Shown: in pieces, positions 36,901 to 49,278 of the stretch
Numbering within the stretch: the stretch's first letter is position 1
Layout: the number at the start of each line of letters is the position of its first letter
Source: Octopus vulgaris
Lineage: Eukaryota
Length of the DNA: 64,000 nucleotides
Assembly (NCBI GenBank): GCA_951406725.2
Contig: OX597843.1
Coordinates: 5,704,001-5,768,000 of the forward strand
Reading direction: 5' to 3'
The notes under the pieces: model-generated
The model's input: the letters and a program-made list of their open reading frames with translations, nothing else
Databases searched by the model: none
What the model was told of the DNA's origin: nothing
Translations under genes and position numbers: made by a program

Positions 36901-39900
36901 TGCCTTTCAGGGTCAATAAAATAAGTATCAGTTAAACACTGGGGTCGGTGTAATTAACTGGTCCCTTCCCACTAAATTTTGGGCCTTGTGTGGAAAGTAA
37001 GCTGGTGGAATCGGTAGCATGCCAGGCTAAATGCTCAGCGGTATTTTATCCATCTTTACCTTTCAGGGTCGATAAAATAAGTACCAGTTGAACCCTCCCC
37101 CCAAAACCACTGCCCTTGTGGCAAAATTTGAAACCATTTCCCTGCATAATGACCTGATACATTAATCTCTTATTTCTCCACCCTGACGAAGGAGGCTCTG
37201 GAATTTACCAATATTTATTTGATTCCATTACCGGCTGCAAATTTTTGAAGTAAGTCCGAAACCCCAGAAACAGCTGTCGAGCCTTTTTTCTTCTAATGCT
37301 TCGCATCTACATAATCTGTAAGTTTGTTCTATAAAAATATATATATTCATACTTGATTGTTAATCATCTGAAAATGTTAAGTTTGTCTTCTCTTTTTTTA
37401 CATGTATATTTTGTTTGTTTAAACTCAAGGTTTTATCTGTCTATTTGAGTCATTCTCTCCATATCTGGTCACCTGGATTCCCCTTATAATCACTCTTTAC
37501 CTCCCTGTCTTGGTCAAGATGTCGGAGTGTAAATTCATCACTGTATAGTGTTTTCATTCTCACCTCTTGATTATATATACTCTTTACTCTTTTACTTGTT
37601 TCAGTCATTTGACTGCGGCCATGCTGGAGCACTACCTTTAGTACTTATTCTATCGGTCTCTTTTTGCTGAACCGCTAAGTGACGGGGACGTAAACACACC
37701 AGCATCGGTTGTCAAGCAATGCTAGAAGGACAAACACACACACACACACACATATATACGACAGGCTTCTTTCAGTTTCCGTCTACCAAATCCACTCACA
37801 AGGCATTGGTCAGCCCGGGGCTATGGCAGAAGACACTTGCCACGCAGTGGGACTGAACCCGGAACCATGTGGTTGGTAAGCAAGCTTCTTACCACACAGC
37901 CACTCCTGCGCCTATGTATAATGAAACCTTGATATTTTTTTATATCAGTGGCTCTCAAAGTGGGTGGGTAGTAGAAAAGTAATGGGGGCAATTCATGTAA
38001 AAACAACAAAAAATGGGTCCATTAGGTTGTTTTGAATTTATTTTAGAAAGGGGTCTATGTTTGTGATGGTAGGGGCACTAGGAACGTAGTCTGGGTGTTA
38101 ATTTTCTCTGTTGTAATATTTCATCGTCTTTTAACATCTGCCTTCCATGCTGGTGTGACCGGGAAGCTGCACCAGGCCCACATCTGATCTGTCAGTGTTT
38201 CTACAGCTGGATGCCCTTCCTAATGCCAACCACTCCATGAGTGCTTTTTACGTGCTACCAGCACTGGGGTTCACAACTGCAATTTCCATTTGATATTGCT
38301 GTACTTGACACAGCAGGGCATGTCGCCCTACGATCCAAGGTACTTGTGAGTGGGCTGGTCATGCGACACTGGTGTAGGTTACAGCTGAGGACTCTCTTTA
38401 TTTGCACAGTCACAGCATACCATTAATATTTGCCTGCTTCTATCTACACACACCCGAGGGCACAAAAAATGGGAGGAGACATTCCAGCTGCCCAAACCAT
38501 AACTGACGGTGGATTTTGACAGTAATTTACGAGTCTACCCTCGACACACACCAAAATCTGTCATTCTGGTGGCTGACTGTTTATTCAATGTCAAATTTCC
38601 TTTTACCAGTGAACACCAGCAACCTGACTTCTCTCCAGTCTAATCTGGCAGAGTTTCTACAGCTGGATGCCCTTCCTAACGCCAACCACTCCAAGAGTGT
38701 AGTTGGTGCTAGCTTGTTGCTCTGGCAACAATCTCACTCGTATGGTACTCTTAGCGCTCCACTAGCACGGATGCCAGTCATCAAGTTCTCATAAACTTTC
38801 ATATAGGTGCAGGAGTGGCTGTGTGGTAAGTAGCTTACTTACCAACCACATGGTTCCAGGTTCAGTCTCACTATATGGCATCTTGAGCAAGTGTCTTCTG
38901 CTATAGCCTCAGGCTGACCAGGGCCATGTGGTTACATCCTCTGAGCTATGAGCATGGCCGCAGTCAGAGAATAATACTAATAATTATTATTGGCTGTGTG
39001 GTAAGTAAGATTCTCCTTTTGCCAAACCACTAGGGCTTTGGTCAGCCTGAGGCTATAGTAGAAGACACTTGCCCGAGGTGCCACGCAGTGGGACTGAATC
39101 CGGAACCATGTGGTTGGTAAGCAGGCTACTTACCACACAGCCAATAATAATTATTAGTATTATTCTCTGACTGCGGCCATGCTGGAGCACCGCCTTTAGT
39201 TGAACAAATTGACCCCAGGACTTATTGTATTGGTCTCTTTTGCTGAACTGCTCAGTTACAGGGATGTAACCACATGGCTCTGGTCAGCCTGAGGCTGTAG
39301 CAGAAGACACTTGCTCAAGATGCCATATAGTGAGACTGAACCTGGAACCATGTGGTTGGTAAGTAAGCTACTTACCACACAGCCACTCCTGCACTTATAT
39401 ATATATGATGGGCTTCTTTCAGTTTCTGTCTATCAAATCCACTCACAAGGCTTTGGTTAGCTTGAGGCTATAGTAGAAGAAACTTGCCCAAGGTGCCACG
39501 CAGTGGGACTGAACCCAGAACCATGTGGTTGGTAAGCAAGCTACTTACCACACAGCCACTCCTACGCCTATATATATATATATACGACGGGCTTCTTTCA
39601 GTTTCTGTCTATCAAATCCACTCACAAGGCTTTGGTTAGCTTGAGGCTATAGTAGAAGAAACTTGCCCAAGGTGCCACACAGTGGGTCTGAACCCGGAAC
39701 CATGTGGTTGGTAAGCAAGCTACTTACCACACAGCCACTCCTGCACCTATATATATATATATATATCCAATAATTTTTGGCCAGTTTAATTTCTCTTCTC
39801 TCCTGTATAAATACTTGTTGTGATTTTAGAGTCAAATTCCGACTGCTATCCTTCAGATACCCTTAATTATATATGAGAGAGAGAGCTGTATTTACAAGTA

Positions 39901-42043
39901 TATCTCTCAACCTTCTTTACTCACTGTGCAGTAGAGTTGAACCCATCACCACACAGCCGATTACAAAACCCCAACCATCGATGGACATCAAAAAAAAATT
40001 ATGTCCAAAATTACTGACCGGAAGCAGAACACTGCATCAACATTTTAGAAAGAAAAACAAACACGTTTTTTTTTATGTTTTGCAAGAATATTTATTTATT
40101 TTTTCTATAATATACATTAGTTTATTTATTGAATTTGTTAACAGGACCCATAGAAATAGAAAATTCCTTCTTGGATCGAGTCACTGCCACGAATGATTAG
40201 TGGTGGCCCCACCCAGCCTGGAAACATCTGTGCAACGAGGTTGTGAGTAGTTGTTATTCGGGATGGAAAGGGGTACAATGATCTCTGCAGTGGCTTTTAC
40301 AAAAACAAAATCTTTATTCGGGGGAAGGTGGGTGTCAAAGCATGTTCGGGAAGAGAATTATAAAAAAAAAAAGTTATTTTTCTTGTTAAATTCCATCAAA
40401 TCTCTCATAGAAGCAGAACTGAAACCTATAATTGCCTTTGGTAAGTTAAGAAAATTTTTTTCTATTATTGTCCTTTTGCTGGTCAACCTGGATTTCGACA
40501 TTAATGGGTCCCATCAACCCCTTGCCTCTACAAAGTCTATCCTAAATGTTCCTCCGACAACCCTTGATTCGTATGTTCTGAGTTAAAGCTTTTCTTTCAT
40601 AAGGCCCAAGTCACTCTATTGGTTGAAGGTAACACATATCAGACATGTTTCATTGAGATCCGTTGCCCATGCTGGCAAACTGCACTAGACTCCAGTCTGA
40701 TCTGGCATGTTTTTCTACAGCCGAAAGCCAACCACTCGAAGAGTGTAATGGGTGCTTGTATCTGCCACGACTGCAATTTCGCCTGGCGAGTCTTCTTAAG
40801 CGCAACATACAGTGTTGCATATAAATGCATTAACAGTATTCATACACCAAACCAGGTATTGCCAGGCCTAATAACCATTTGACTTGGCATGTTACAATTG
40901 CTATTTCCACCAAAATGTGGCTGCACGCAAGCAGATAAAAAACTGACTTGCCTCCATGAGGGCCAACACTTGAAAGGACCTCAGCCATTTTGCCCCCATA
41001 TCAAGCTTTCTGTGACATTAACCCCTTTTCCTGTGCAAAGCATTTTCATAAGTCTGTCCAGCTTTGTTTTCTGAGTAATATTTCGTAACAGGACCCATAG
41101 AATGTGCATCATATATATATGTATGGATGCCAGGGAAATATGTTCCGTGTACCATGTATGATACACAGGACACGTAAAAGAGACCAAAAAAAAAAAAAGC
41201 CATTACAGCTAAACTAAGTTGGTACTGGCATGGATAGATAGATTGTCAGTTGTTATACATGGTCACTGTCTTCCCAACGCCCTTAACTGGTAGAGAAGGG
41301 GTGAGTTTAATATCACAGCTGTTGCATGGCCACATAAGACAAAAGAGGGTAGATCTTTGAAGGATTACAACTAAATACCACAAGGCATTTTAATCATAGT
41401 AACCCTTTCTCCTATAGACACAAGGCTTGAAGTTTTGAGATCACTTATTTTAATGCATTATAACAATTCTGCTACCTTTAGTTTCTAGTCCTTACAAGCT
41501 TATATTTCCACCCCTTATCTTTTTTTAGGTTAGCTCCCTGAATACTCTAAGGATTAAAACAGTCTGTAAGCAGCCAACAATGCACTGCCTGGTCTGGCAA
41601 TTGAAACCCTGACCATGACCCTTTAATTTCATCCTTCTTTCAATCAGAATATGACCATTTAGTTAAATGAATTGACACGTTTTTTTTAAAGTCCAGTACT
41701 TATTCGATCGGTCTAACACACCAGTGTATGACAGGCTTCATTCAGTTTCTGAATAGACTGAGGCTATAATAGAAAACACTTGCCCAAGGTAAGCAAGCTT
41801 CTTACCACATTAACCTACCTTCGTTTGCGTCCGCCTCACATGATATCATCTCCAGGTTTCAGCAAATTCGAAACATTGCTGTTTCGTCCCATTTCTAAAC
41901 ATTCAACTGTTTATCATTATTAACTAATCTAGAGTTTGGAATATGAATCAACGAGAAATGCTGATGAAAGATTTTATTTCACATCATTAACTTTTAATTA
42001 ATTACAAGTAAGGAAGAACTTAGTAAAATATCTTTTTCATTAA

Positions 42044-42234
42044 TTAACCCTTTTGGTACCATATTTCTTCTGTTGAGATGCTCTGTGTTTCTTTTAATTA
42101 CTTTAGATATAACAAAGAATTTAGTAAAATAACTTAGTTACCATTAAGCTAGTGTTAGGAACATAAATTGTGGTATATTCTAATTGAAAACAAGACATTT
42201 GTACTACAGAGCCGGGTTGGTAACAAAAGGGTTA
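42044..42234. mobile_element. Solo, internally deleted copy of the TTAA MITE
   Basis: TTAACCCTTTTGGTACC...GGTAACAAAAGGGTTAA. Confidence 0.75.
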
Positions 42235-42621
42235 AATTATTTTGTTTCAATTAATTGTAAGTAAGGAAGAATTTAGTAAAATAATTTTCATGTTAATTAA
42301 TGTGGTGTTCGAGACATAGAACTAAACCCCAACAGGTCACTGCAATAATCCTTTCTAATACAAGGCAACCTTCTGAACTTAAAGGCAGCTAACCATCTTA
42401 TACAAACAGACAATACCTGGCCCCATCATGCAACTAGAAAGGTCTACGGAACACCAACAGTGAAACAATGCCTAAGTAATTTGTATTAAATCTTAACGGA
42501 AGCTCAGGGGGGGAAAAAAAAAAAGGAAGGCAGCCCAGATCAAATTATAAAAGAGGGAAGTAATTATAGATCCCATGACCGACCCCACAAAAGAAGCATG
42601 CTGTTATTTCTTTCTCCCGTT

Positions 42622-42675
42622 TTACAAATCGTGGTCTCCTATGCTTTGTTTCAGGTATTCTTGGTAAAGTTTTTG
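42622..42675 (-). CDS. Dynamin/EHD-like GTPase terminal coding exon
   Basis: tttctctttcag acceptor. Encodes QKLYQEYLKQSIGDHDL* (TAA). The nine exons sum to 1014 nt in one open frame. Confidence 0.83.
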   Translation of the reverse strand, partial: QKLYQEYLKQSIGDHDL

Positions 42676-42943
42676 CTGAAAGAGAAATAAAAAATTATTA
42701 ATAATAATGTATTACATACAGACATTCCTCATATATATACAAGCCACCCATAAGAATTAACATTCTCGGAGTGGTTGCCGTAGAAACCAGACATTGGACT
42801 GAGTGTGCCTATATTTATATAGAACATAATAATATTAGGGAACACTATTCCAATACATAATTAACTTATCTCATCACAAGAATATTATAACCAAAATTTT
42901 ATATAGTAAAGGTAAAACAATTACTTCCTTAAAATAAACAATA

Positions 42944-43700
42944 ATAGGCACAGGAGTGGCTGTGTGGTAAGTAAGTAGCTTGGTAACCAACCACATGGTT
43001 GGTTTGTTCACATCCCTGTAACGTAACAGTTCAGCAAGAGGCTGATAGGGTAAGTATCAAACTTTAAAGAAAAAAAAGTCCTGGGGTCAATTTCTTCGAC
43101 TAAGCACTGCCCCAGCATGGCCTTGGCTGAAAGTAATAAAAGAAGACCTGCAAATGTCCCTGCCCCAGCATGGCCTTGGCTGAAAGTAATAAAAGAAGAC
43201 CTGCCCCAGTGAATATCAAAAGAGAAAGGGGCAAATTCAAGAAGCAATTATTAAAAAACAAAAAAATTTATAAATATCCATTACACCCCACCTGCACAAA
43301 TTTTTCCGGGTTTTGACACTTTAGAGACATCAGATCTTTTCGGTCTTGTATTTTGATTCAAAAGATCTGATGTCTCTAAAGTGTCAAAACCCGGAAAAAT
43401 TTGTGCAGGTGGGGTGTAATGGATATTTATAAATTTTTTTGTTTTTTAATGATTGCTTCTTGAATTTGCCCCTTTCTCTTTTGATATTCACTGGGGCAGG
43501 TCTTTTATTACGTTCAGCCAAGGCCATGCTGGGGCAGTGCTTAGTCGAAGAAATTGACCCCAGGACTTTCTTTTCTTTAAAGTTTGATACTTACCCTATC
43601 AGCCTCTTGCTGAACTGTTATGTTACAGGGATGTGAACAAACCAACCATGTGGTTGGTTAGCAAGCTACTTACTTACCACACAGCCACTCCTGTGCCTAT
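42944..43700. repeat. Long near-perfect inverted repeat (about 340-bp stem, 19-nt loop)
   Basis: Arms meet at CAGATCTTTT-cggtcttgtattttgattc-AAAAGATCTG (43331-43369). The ORFs 43008 (-) and 43439 (+) share an identical C-terminal translation. Confidence 0.93.
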
Positions 43701-44191
43701 ATATGTGCAGGTGGCATGTAAAATGCACCCACTACACTGTCGGAGTGGTTGGCGTTAGGAAGGGCATCCAGCTGTAGAAACATTGCCAGATGAGCCTGGT
43801 GCGGCCTTCTGGCTCCCCGGTCGACCCATGGTAGCATGGAGAACGGACGTTAGACGATGCTGATCTGTTGTGCAAGATTTTTTTTTTTATGTGATGTCAT
43901 GTTTTGAAACATATATTTTGGCAATAAAAACACACGAACTATATATTTGGTGTTATTTATTTATTAGATTAATCCTATTTGTATGTATATCATTATCAAT
44001 GAATGTCCAGAGGAATGCATCACACAGAGTCTTTTTCCAGTTTGTGTCAGCAGGTAAATTGAAGACAATAAATACAACAAACTTAGTGTTTGCAGTGAAT
44101 AAATCTTTAAATAAAAAAAAAAAAAGGGAAGAAATATGTGAAGCCTAGAACAACTAAAAGAAAGGTGTCTCCTTGAAGCAGAACAGCTTAC

Positions 44192-44273
44192 CTTCTTCTT
44201 GACTGAGGATTTGACAAAGTCTTGGTACTCTTGGAGGACGTACTTCTGTTTACGACTTAAACAGGTCCTTTTC
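44192..44273 (-). CDS. Dynamin/EHD-like GTPase exon (basic tail)
   Basis: 82 nt, cag/gtaagc. Encodes (R)KRTCLSRKQKYVLQEYQDFVKSSVKKK. Confidence 0.86.
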
Positions 44274-44772
44274 CTGGAATGACAAAAGAAAGACAGTGAA
44301 ATAATGATAATCCTTTCTTCTACGGGCACAAGGCCTGACATTGGGGGAAGGTTAAGTCAATTACATTGACCCCAGTTTTTCACTGGTACTTATTAGCCAG
44401 AGATGATTTTTTTTAAATGAGAATATAGGTGCAGGAGTTGCTGTGAGGTAAGTAGCTTGCCTACCAACCACATGGTTCCGGGTTCAGTCCCACTGCGTGG
44501 CACCTTGGGCTGACCAAGGCATTGTGAGTGGATTTGGTAGACGGAAACTGAAAGAAGCCTGTCGTATGTGTATGTCAGTGCATTTACATCCCCGCAACTT
44601 ATCGGTTCGGCAAAAGAGACCAATAGAATAAGTCCTAGGGTTGATTTGCTCGACTACAGGCGGTGCTCCAGCATGGCCATAGCCACACGACTGAAACTAG
44701 TACAACAGTAATATATAGAATAATAAAAAAATGCAAACTGGAGGCTGCTGCTCCAGTTGGGTCTGTACCTAC

Positions 44773-44885
44773 CTGAAACTAAACTTCGCTGTGATGAGGA
44801 AGAGCAAGGAGAGAACGATGGTCCCAATGGAAATGTAGAACCGGAAATCCTCTGTGAATATATTCCAGAAGGTTCTTAAGGGAAT
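44773..44885 (-). CDS. Dynamin/EHD-like GTPase exon (hydrophobic segment 2)
   Basis: 113 nt, poly-T tract and cag acceptor, gtaggt donor. Encodes IPLRTFWNIFTEDFRFYISIGTIVLSLLFLITAKFSF. Confidence 0.87.
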
Positions 44886-45355
44886 CTGCAAAAAAAAAAA
44901 AGGGGATGAGGTTGACATTAGTAGAGCAATTGCGGATGTTTAACCACGGGTCTGTCCTGATTCAGGAGTCCTATGATCATCCTGTCTTTTATTCAGGCAG
45001 AGTGTATCTAGGACTATATTGTCTGCCTGTGACCAAAGCTAAGAACACATTAGATAATGTAGTCCCTGATACGCTATGTCTGAATAAAAGACAGGATGGT
45101 CACAGTTGGAGCATAGGTCTGCCTGGCGCTAAACAACAAGGGAGAACGCGTTAGACAATGTAGTCCTAGGTACACTATGCCTGAATAAAAGACAGGATGG
45201 TCACAGTTGGAGCCTGGGGCTAAACAATAATAAGGGAGAACGCGTTAGACAATGTAGTCCTAGGTACACTATGACGGGATGGTCACAGTTGGAATATAGA
45301 GGTCTACCAAGGCACAAAAAAGAAAAGATGGCCAACAAAAATAAATGTTACTCAC

Positions 45356-45515
45356 AGTGTAAGAAATGAGGGTTTCCTTTAGGGAGCTGCCTGCCAAGGA
45401 GAAAAGGGGTTCACTTAAGTTTGACATCAGAAGCAGGAACATGGGGAGCGCAAAACTGAAGAGGACCAGAATTATTTGGTGGAATATTGCTTTGCGGTTG
45501 TACTTCCTGGAATTT
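45356..45515 (-). CDS. Dynamin/EHD-like GTPase exon (hydrophobic segment 1)
   Basis: 160 nt, cag/gtgagt, phase-consistent. Encodes NSRKYNRKAIFHQIILVLFSFALPMFLLLMSNLSEPLFSLAGSSLKETLISYT. Confidence 0.87.
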
Positions 45516-46260
45516 CTGTAAACGGAATTAAGAGTAATTAGTGACCTCGTTAGCATTAATTTGTTTGATTATTCAGTTAATAAGAGGTATTTTTCTTGCG
45601 ATGCATCATGTATAGAGGAGTGGTAAGTAGCTTGCTTACCAACCACATGGTTCCGGGTTCAGTCCCATTGCGTGGCACGTGTCTTCTTCTATAGCCCCAG
45701 GCCGACCAAGGCCTTGTGAGTGGATTTGATAGAAGTTAAATGGTTCCGGGTTCAGTCCCATTGCGTGGCACCTTGGGCAAGTGTCTTCTTCTATAGCCCC
45801 GGGCCGACCAAGGCCTTGTGAGTGGATTTGATAGAAGTTAAATACTTCCCAACCACATGGTTCCGGGTTCAGTCTCACTGTGTGGCACCTTGGACAAGTG
45901 TCTTCTACTATAGCCCCGGACCGACCAAGGCCTTGTGAGTGGATTTGGCAGATGGAAACTGAAAAGAAGCCCGTCGTATATATATGCTTGTTCCCCACCT
46001 CGACAACTGATGCTGTAAATCTGGGCTCAAATTCCGCCAAGATTGGCCTTGCCTTATATCCTTTGAGGGGGGTCGATGTAATCAACTTAATCCCTTTGTG
46101 AGTAATAAGGATGATCGGTCTTAACCCTTCTGCTGCAGATTACAGGTAACATACAGGTCTTTTCAACATTTAACCAATATTTCTATGAGCATCACCCACA
46201 ATGGCAGAGGATGGGTTTCACACAGATTTCTTTCCCTTCTGAAATAAAAAATAAACTCAC

Positions 46261-46406
46261 ATGTCATCCACCAGTTTGTTCTCGATCATGCTGGCGATGT
46301 CGTGGCAGTCTTTCTCCAGCGTATTTAATGTGTTTTGGACGGTTAAGTTGATCGTTTTCTCTATGTCTTTGCACACCTCTTCTATTTGGTTCACACACCT
46401 GTTCGT
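46261..46406 (-). CDS. Dynamin/EHD-like GTPase exon (helical stalk)
   Basis: 146 nt, cag/gtgagt. Encodes TNRCVNQIEEVCKDIEKTINLTVQNTLNTLEKDCHDIASMIENKLVDD. Confidence 0.9.
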
Positions 46407-47039
46407 CTGTAAATACACAAAACAATCAATATAAATTTAAAAAAAAAAAAAAAACATCATAGGCGTGGCTGTGTGGTAAGTAGCTTGCTTACCAACCACA
46501 TGGTTGCAGGTTCAGTCCCACTGCGTGGCAGCTTGTGCAAGTGTCTTCATTAAAAGACGTATATATCTCGGGCCGACCAAAGCCTTGTGAGTGGATTTGG
46601 TAGACAGACGGAAGGCCGTCGTATGTATGCGTACCCCACCAACATCGCTTGACAACTGATGCGTTTACACCCCAGTAGCTTAGCGGTTCGGCAAAAGAGA
46701 CCGACAGAAAAGTCCTGGGGTCGATTTGCTCGACTAAAGGCAGTGCTGAAAGGAATAAAGAGTATTTTTATTTCTAAACACTGAGGGGACAGACAAATGA
46801 GGTGCCTGGAACGGTAAGTCAAAAGGTAAGCTACTATAAATCGGCACCGACAACCCATTATATACGCCAGACCAAGTTACCTCCCTTTACAACACTCCTA
46901 GAAGGCCATCTTGTTTCTCATGGAATGTGAGAAAAGTGAACATGGTTTTTAAACAATCCCCAGCATGGCCACTACTCACACACTGAAAGAATATTCCAAA
47001 TCCCTCTCGTTTTCGTTTTGACGAAATATATATAAGACA

Positions 47040-47735
47040 TAATGGTGATATTGAGAGGTGTAGGAAGAAACTCCATAAGATGTACGTGTAAGCTATGGAC
47101 ACATAAAAGGTGCAGCAATGTCAAAGGAAGGCTAATTGGGAAGATAGTTTTTGTATGTGGCAGATGCTCAGGAGCAATAATCTGCAGAAAACAACTTCCG
47201 TCACTTTCCAGGGGGAAAAACTAGAAGTAGTTGATAGCTTCCGTGACCAAGTCAGCAGCGGGTGTGTGTGTGTGCTGAAAATGTAACTGCTAGAGTAAGA
47301 ATAGCTTGGGCAAAGTTCAGAGAGCTCTTACCTCTGCTGGTGACAAAAGGAAAACTGTATGATGCATGTGTACGAACAGCCATGACTGCTGAGGATATGC
47401 GTAAGCTCACAAGAAATGAAGCCAGTATGCTCCGATGGATGTGTAATGTCAGTGTTCATAATCGACAGAGTGTAAGTACCGTGAGAGAAAAGCATCAGTT
47501 GTGGTGTGCAAGAGAGACGTTTGCGCTGGTATGGTCACGTGGCGAGAATGGCTGAAGATAGTTGTGTGCAAAAGTGCCACACCCTAGTGGTTGAGGGAAC
47601 CTGTGGAAGAGGCAGACCCAGGAATACCTGGGACGAGGTGGTGAAGCACGACCTTCAGGTCTCACTGAGGAAATGACTAAAGACCGAGACCTCTGGAAGT
47701 GTGCTGTGCGCAAGAAGACCCAGCAGGACAAGTGA
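47040..47735 (+). mobile_element. RTE-clade LINE fragment
   Basis: ARVRIAWAKFRELLPLL...KLYDACVRT...RNEASMLRWMCNV...RGRPR. Degenerate. Confidence 0.82.
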
Positions 47736-48458
47736 GACCATAACCCGTGGCCTCTACACGGGATGTAGCCAGTCCACTTATGCATACCTTCCCTTCTTGG
47801 GACACAAGACTCTACTTGTGAGGATCAGAATCGATCAATGGAAATTGCAGCTGAGTTACCAGTGCCGGTAAGAGCACCATCTGTTCGTGGCCGTTGCCAG
47901 CGCTGTCCCGTGCCACCGGCACGTAAAAAGGCACTCACGGAGTGGTTGGCGTAAGGCAGGGCATCCAGCTGTAGAAACACTGCCAAATCAGACTGGGCCT
48001 GATGCAGCCTTTTGGCTTCACAGACCCCAGTTGAACTGTCCAACCCATGCTAGCATGGAAAGCGGACGCTAAACGATGATGAGACCCAAAGGTGTCAGGT
48101 AATGCTGAATAAGTGCCATAAACAGACCATAGTTAAGTTCCAGATTCAGTGATTTTGCGAATAAAGGGTTCTATGTCTTGCGAGTGTACATAAGAATTTT
48201 TTGCATAATAAGATAACAAACCAAGTCTCTGTAGATATTACAGCATTTATAGACAGAAGATGCTTCATACAGCCTTGGTTTTTTATCTTATTACGCAAAG
48301 AATTCTTATATATATATCTATGGTTGCAAGTATGACTGCCACAAAGTTATTGGCTCAATTCCACAGCAGCCCCAAGTTGACTGGACATCAGATGGTCATA
48401 GCTAGAGCTTCATTGAGGCTGACATGGGGTTAAACAACAAACAGAAAGGAGTACTTAC

Positions 48459-48560
48459 TCGTGCACACAAGGATGGTACAAAAATGGTTGGCATATCGAA
48501 GCCAGTTCTGTTCAAGCCTGGTCTTTTACATAATTCTTGGACAATTTGCATCATGACTCG
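48459..48560 (-). CDS. Dynamin/EHD-like GTPase exon
   Basis: 102 nt, cag/gtaagt. Encodes RVMMQIVQELCKRPGLNRTGFDMPTIFVPSLCAR. Confidence 0.9.
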
Positions 48561-48744
48561 CTGAAAGATAATAAAAATATACATACATATGGCTGGACAT
48601 TCATTGATAATGATATATACATACATACAAATAGGATTAATGTAAGGAATAAATAACACCAAATATATAGTGCGTGAGTCTTTATTGTCAAAGTATATGT
48701 TTCAACACACAACTTCACATAAAAAAATCTTGCACACCAACTTC

Positions 48745-49278
48745 TACCACGTTCCAGGGAGAAAAACTAGAAGTAGTTGATAGCTTCCGCTACCTAGGTG
48801 ACCAAGTCAGTAGCAGGGATGGGTGTAACTGCTAGAATAAGAATAGCTTGGGCAAAGTTCAGAGAGCTCTTACCCCTGCTGGTGACAAAAGGCAGACTGT
48901 ATGATGCATGTGTACGTACAGCCATGCTACATGGGCTGTGACTGCTGAGGATATGCGTAAGCTCGCAAGAAATGAAGCCAGTATGCTCCGATGGATGTGT
49001 AATGTCAGTGTTCATAATCGACAGAGTGTAAGTACCTTGAGAGAAAAGTTGGACCTAAGAAGCATCAGTTGTGGTGTGCAAGAGAGATGTCTGCGCTGGT
49101 ATGGGCATGTGAAGATAGTTGCGTGCCACACTCTAGCAGTTGAGGGAACCTGTAGAAGAGGTAGACCCAGGAAAACCTGGGACGAGGTGGTGAAGCACAA
49201 CCTTCGAACTTTACGTCTCACCAAGGAAATGACTAGAGACCGAGACCTATGGAAGTATGCTGTGCGTGAGAAGACCAG
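48745..49278 (+). mobile_element. RTE-clade LINE fragment (second copy)
   Basis: ...LRWYGHV...VEGTCRRGRPRKTWDEVVKHNLR...DRDLWKYAV. A short third piece lies at 61225-61360. Confidence 0.82.

Noticed and set aside
40060-42621. Putative long 3' UTR and poly(A) signals of the GTPase gene (TTTATT on + near 40092, 40122 and 41973)
   Set aside because: AATAAA is too frequent in AT-rich DNA to assign without transcript data.
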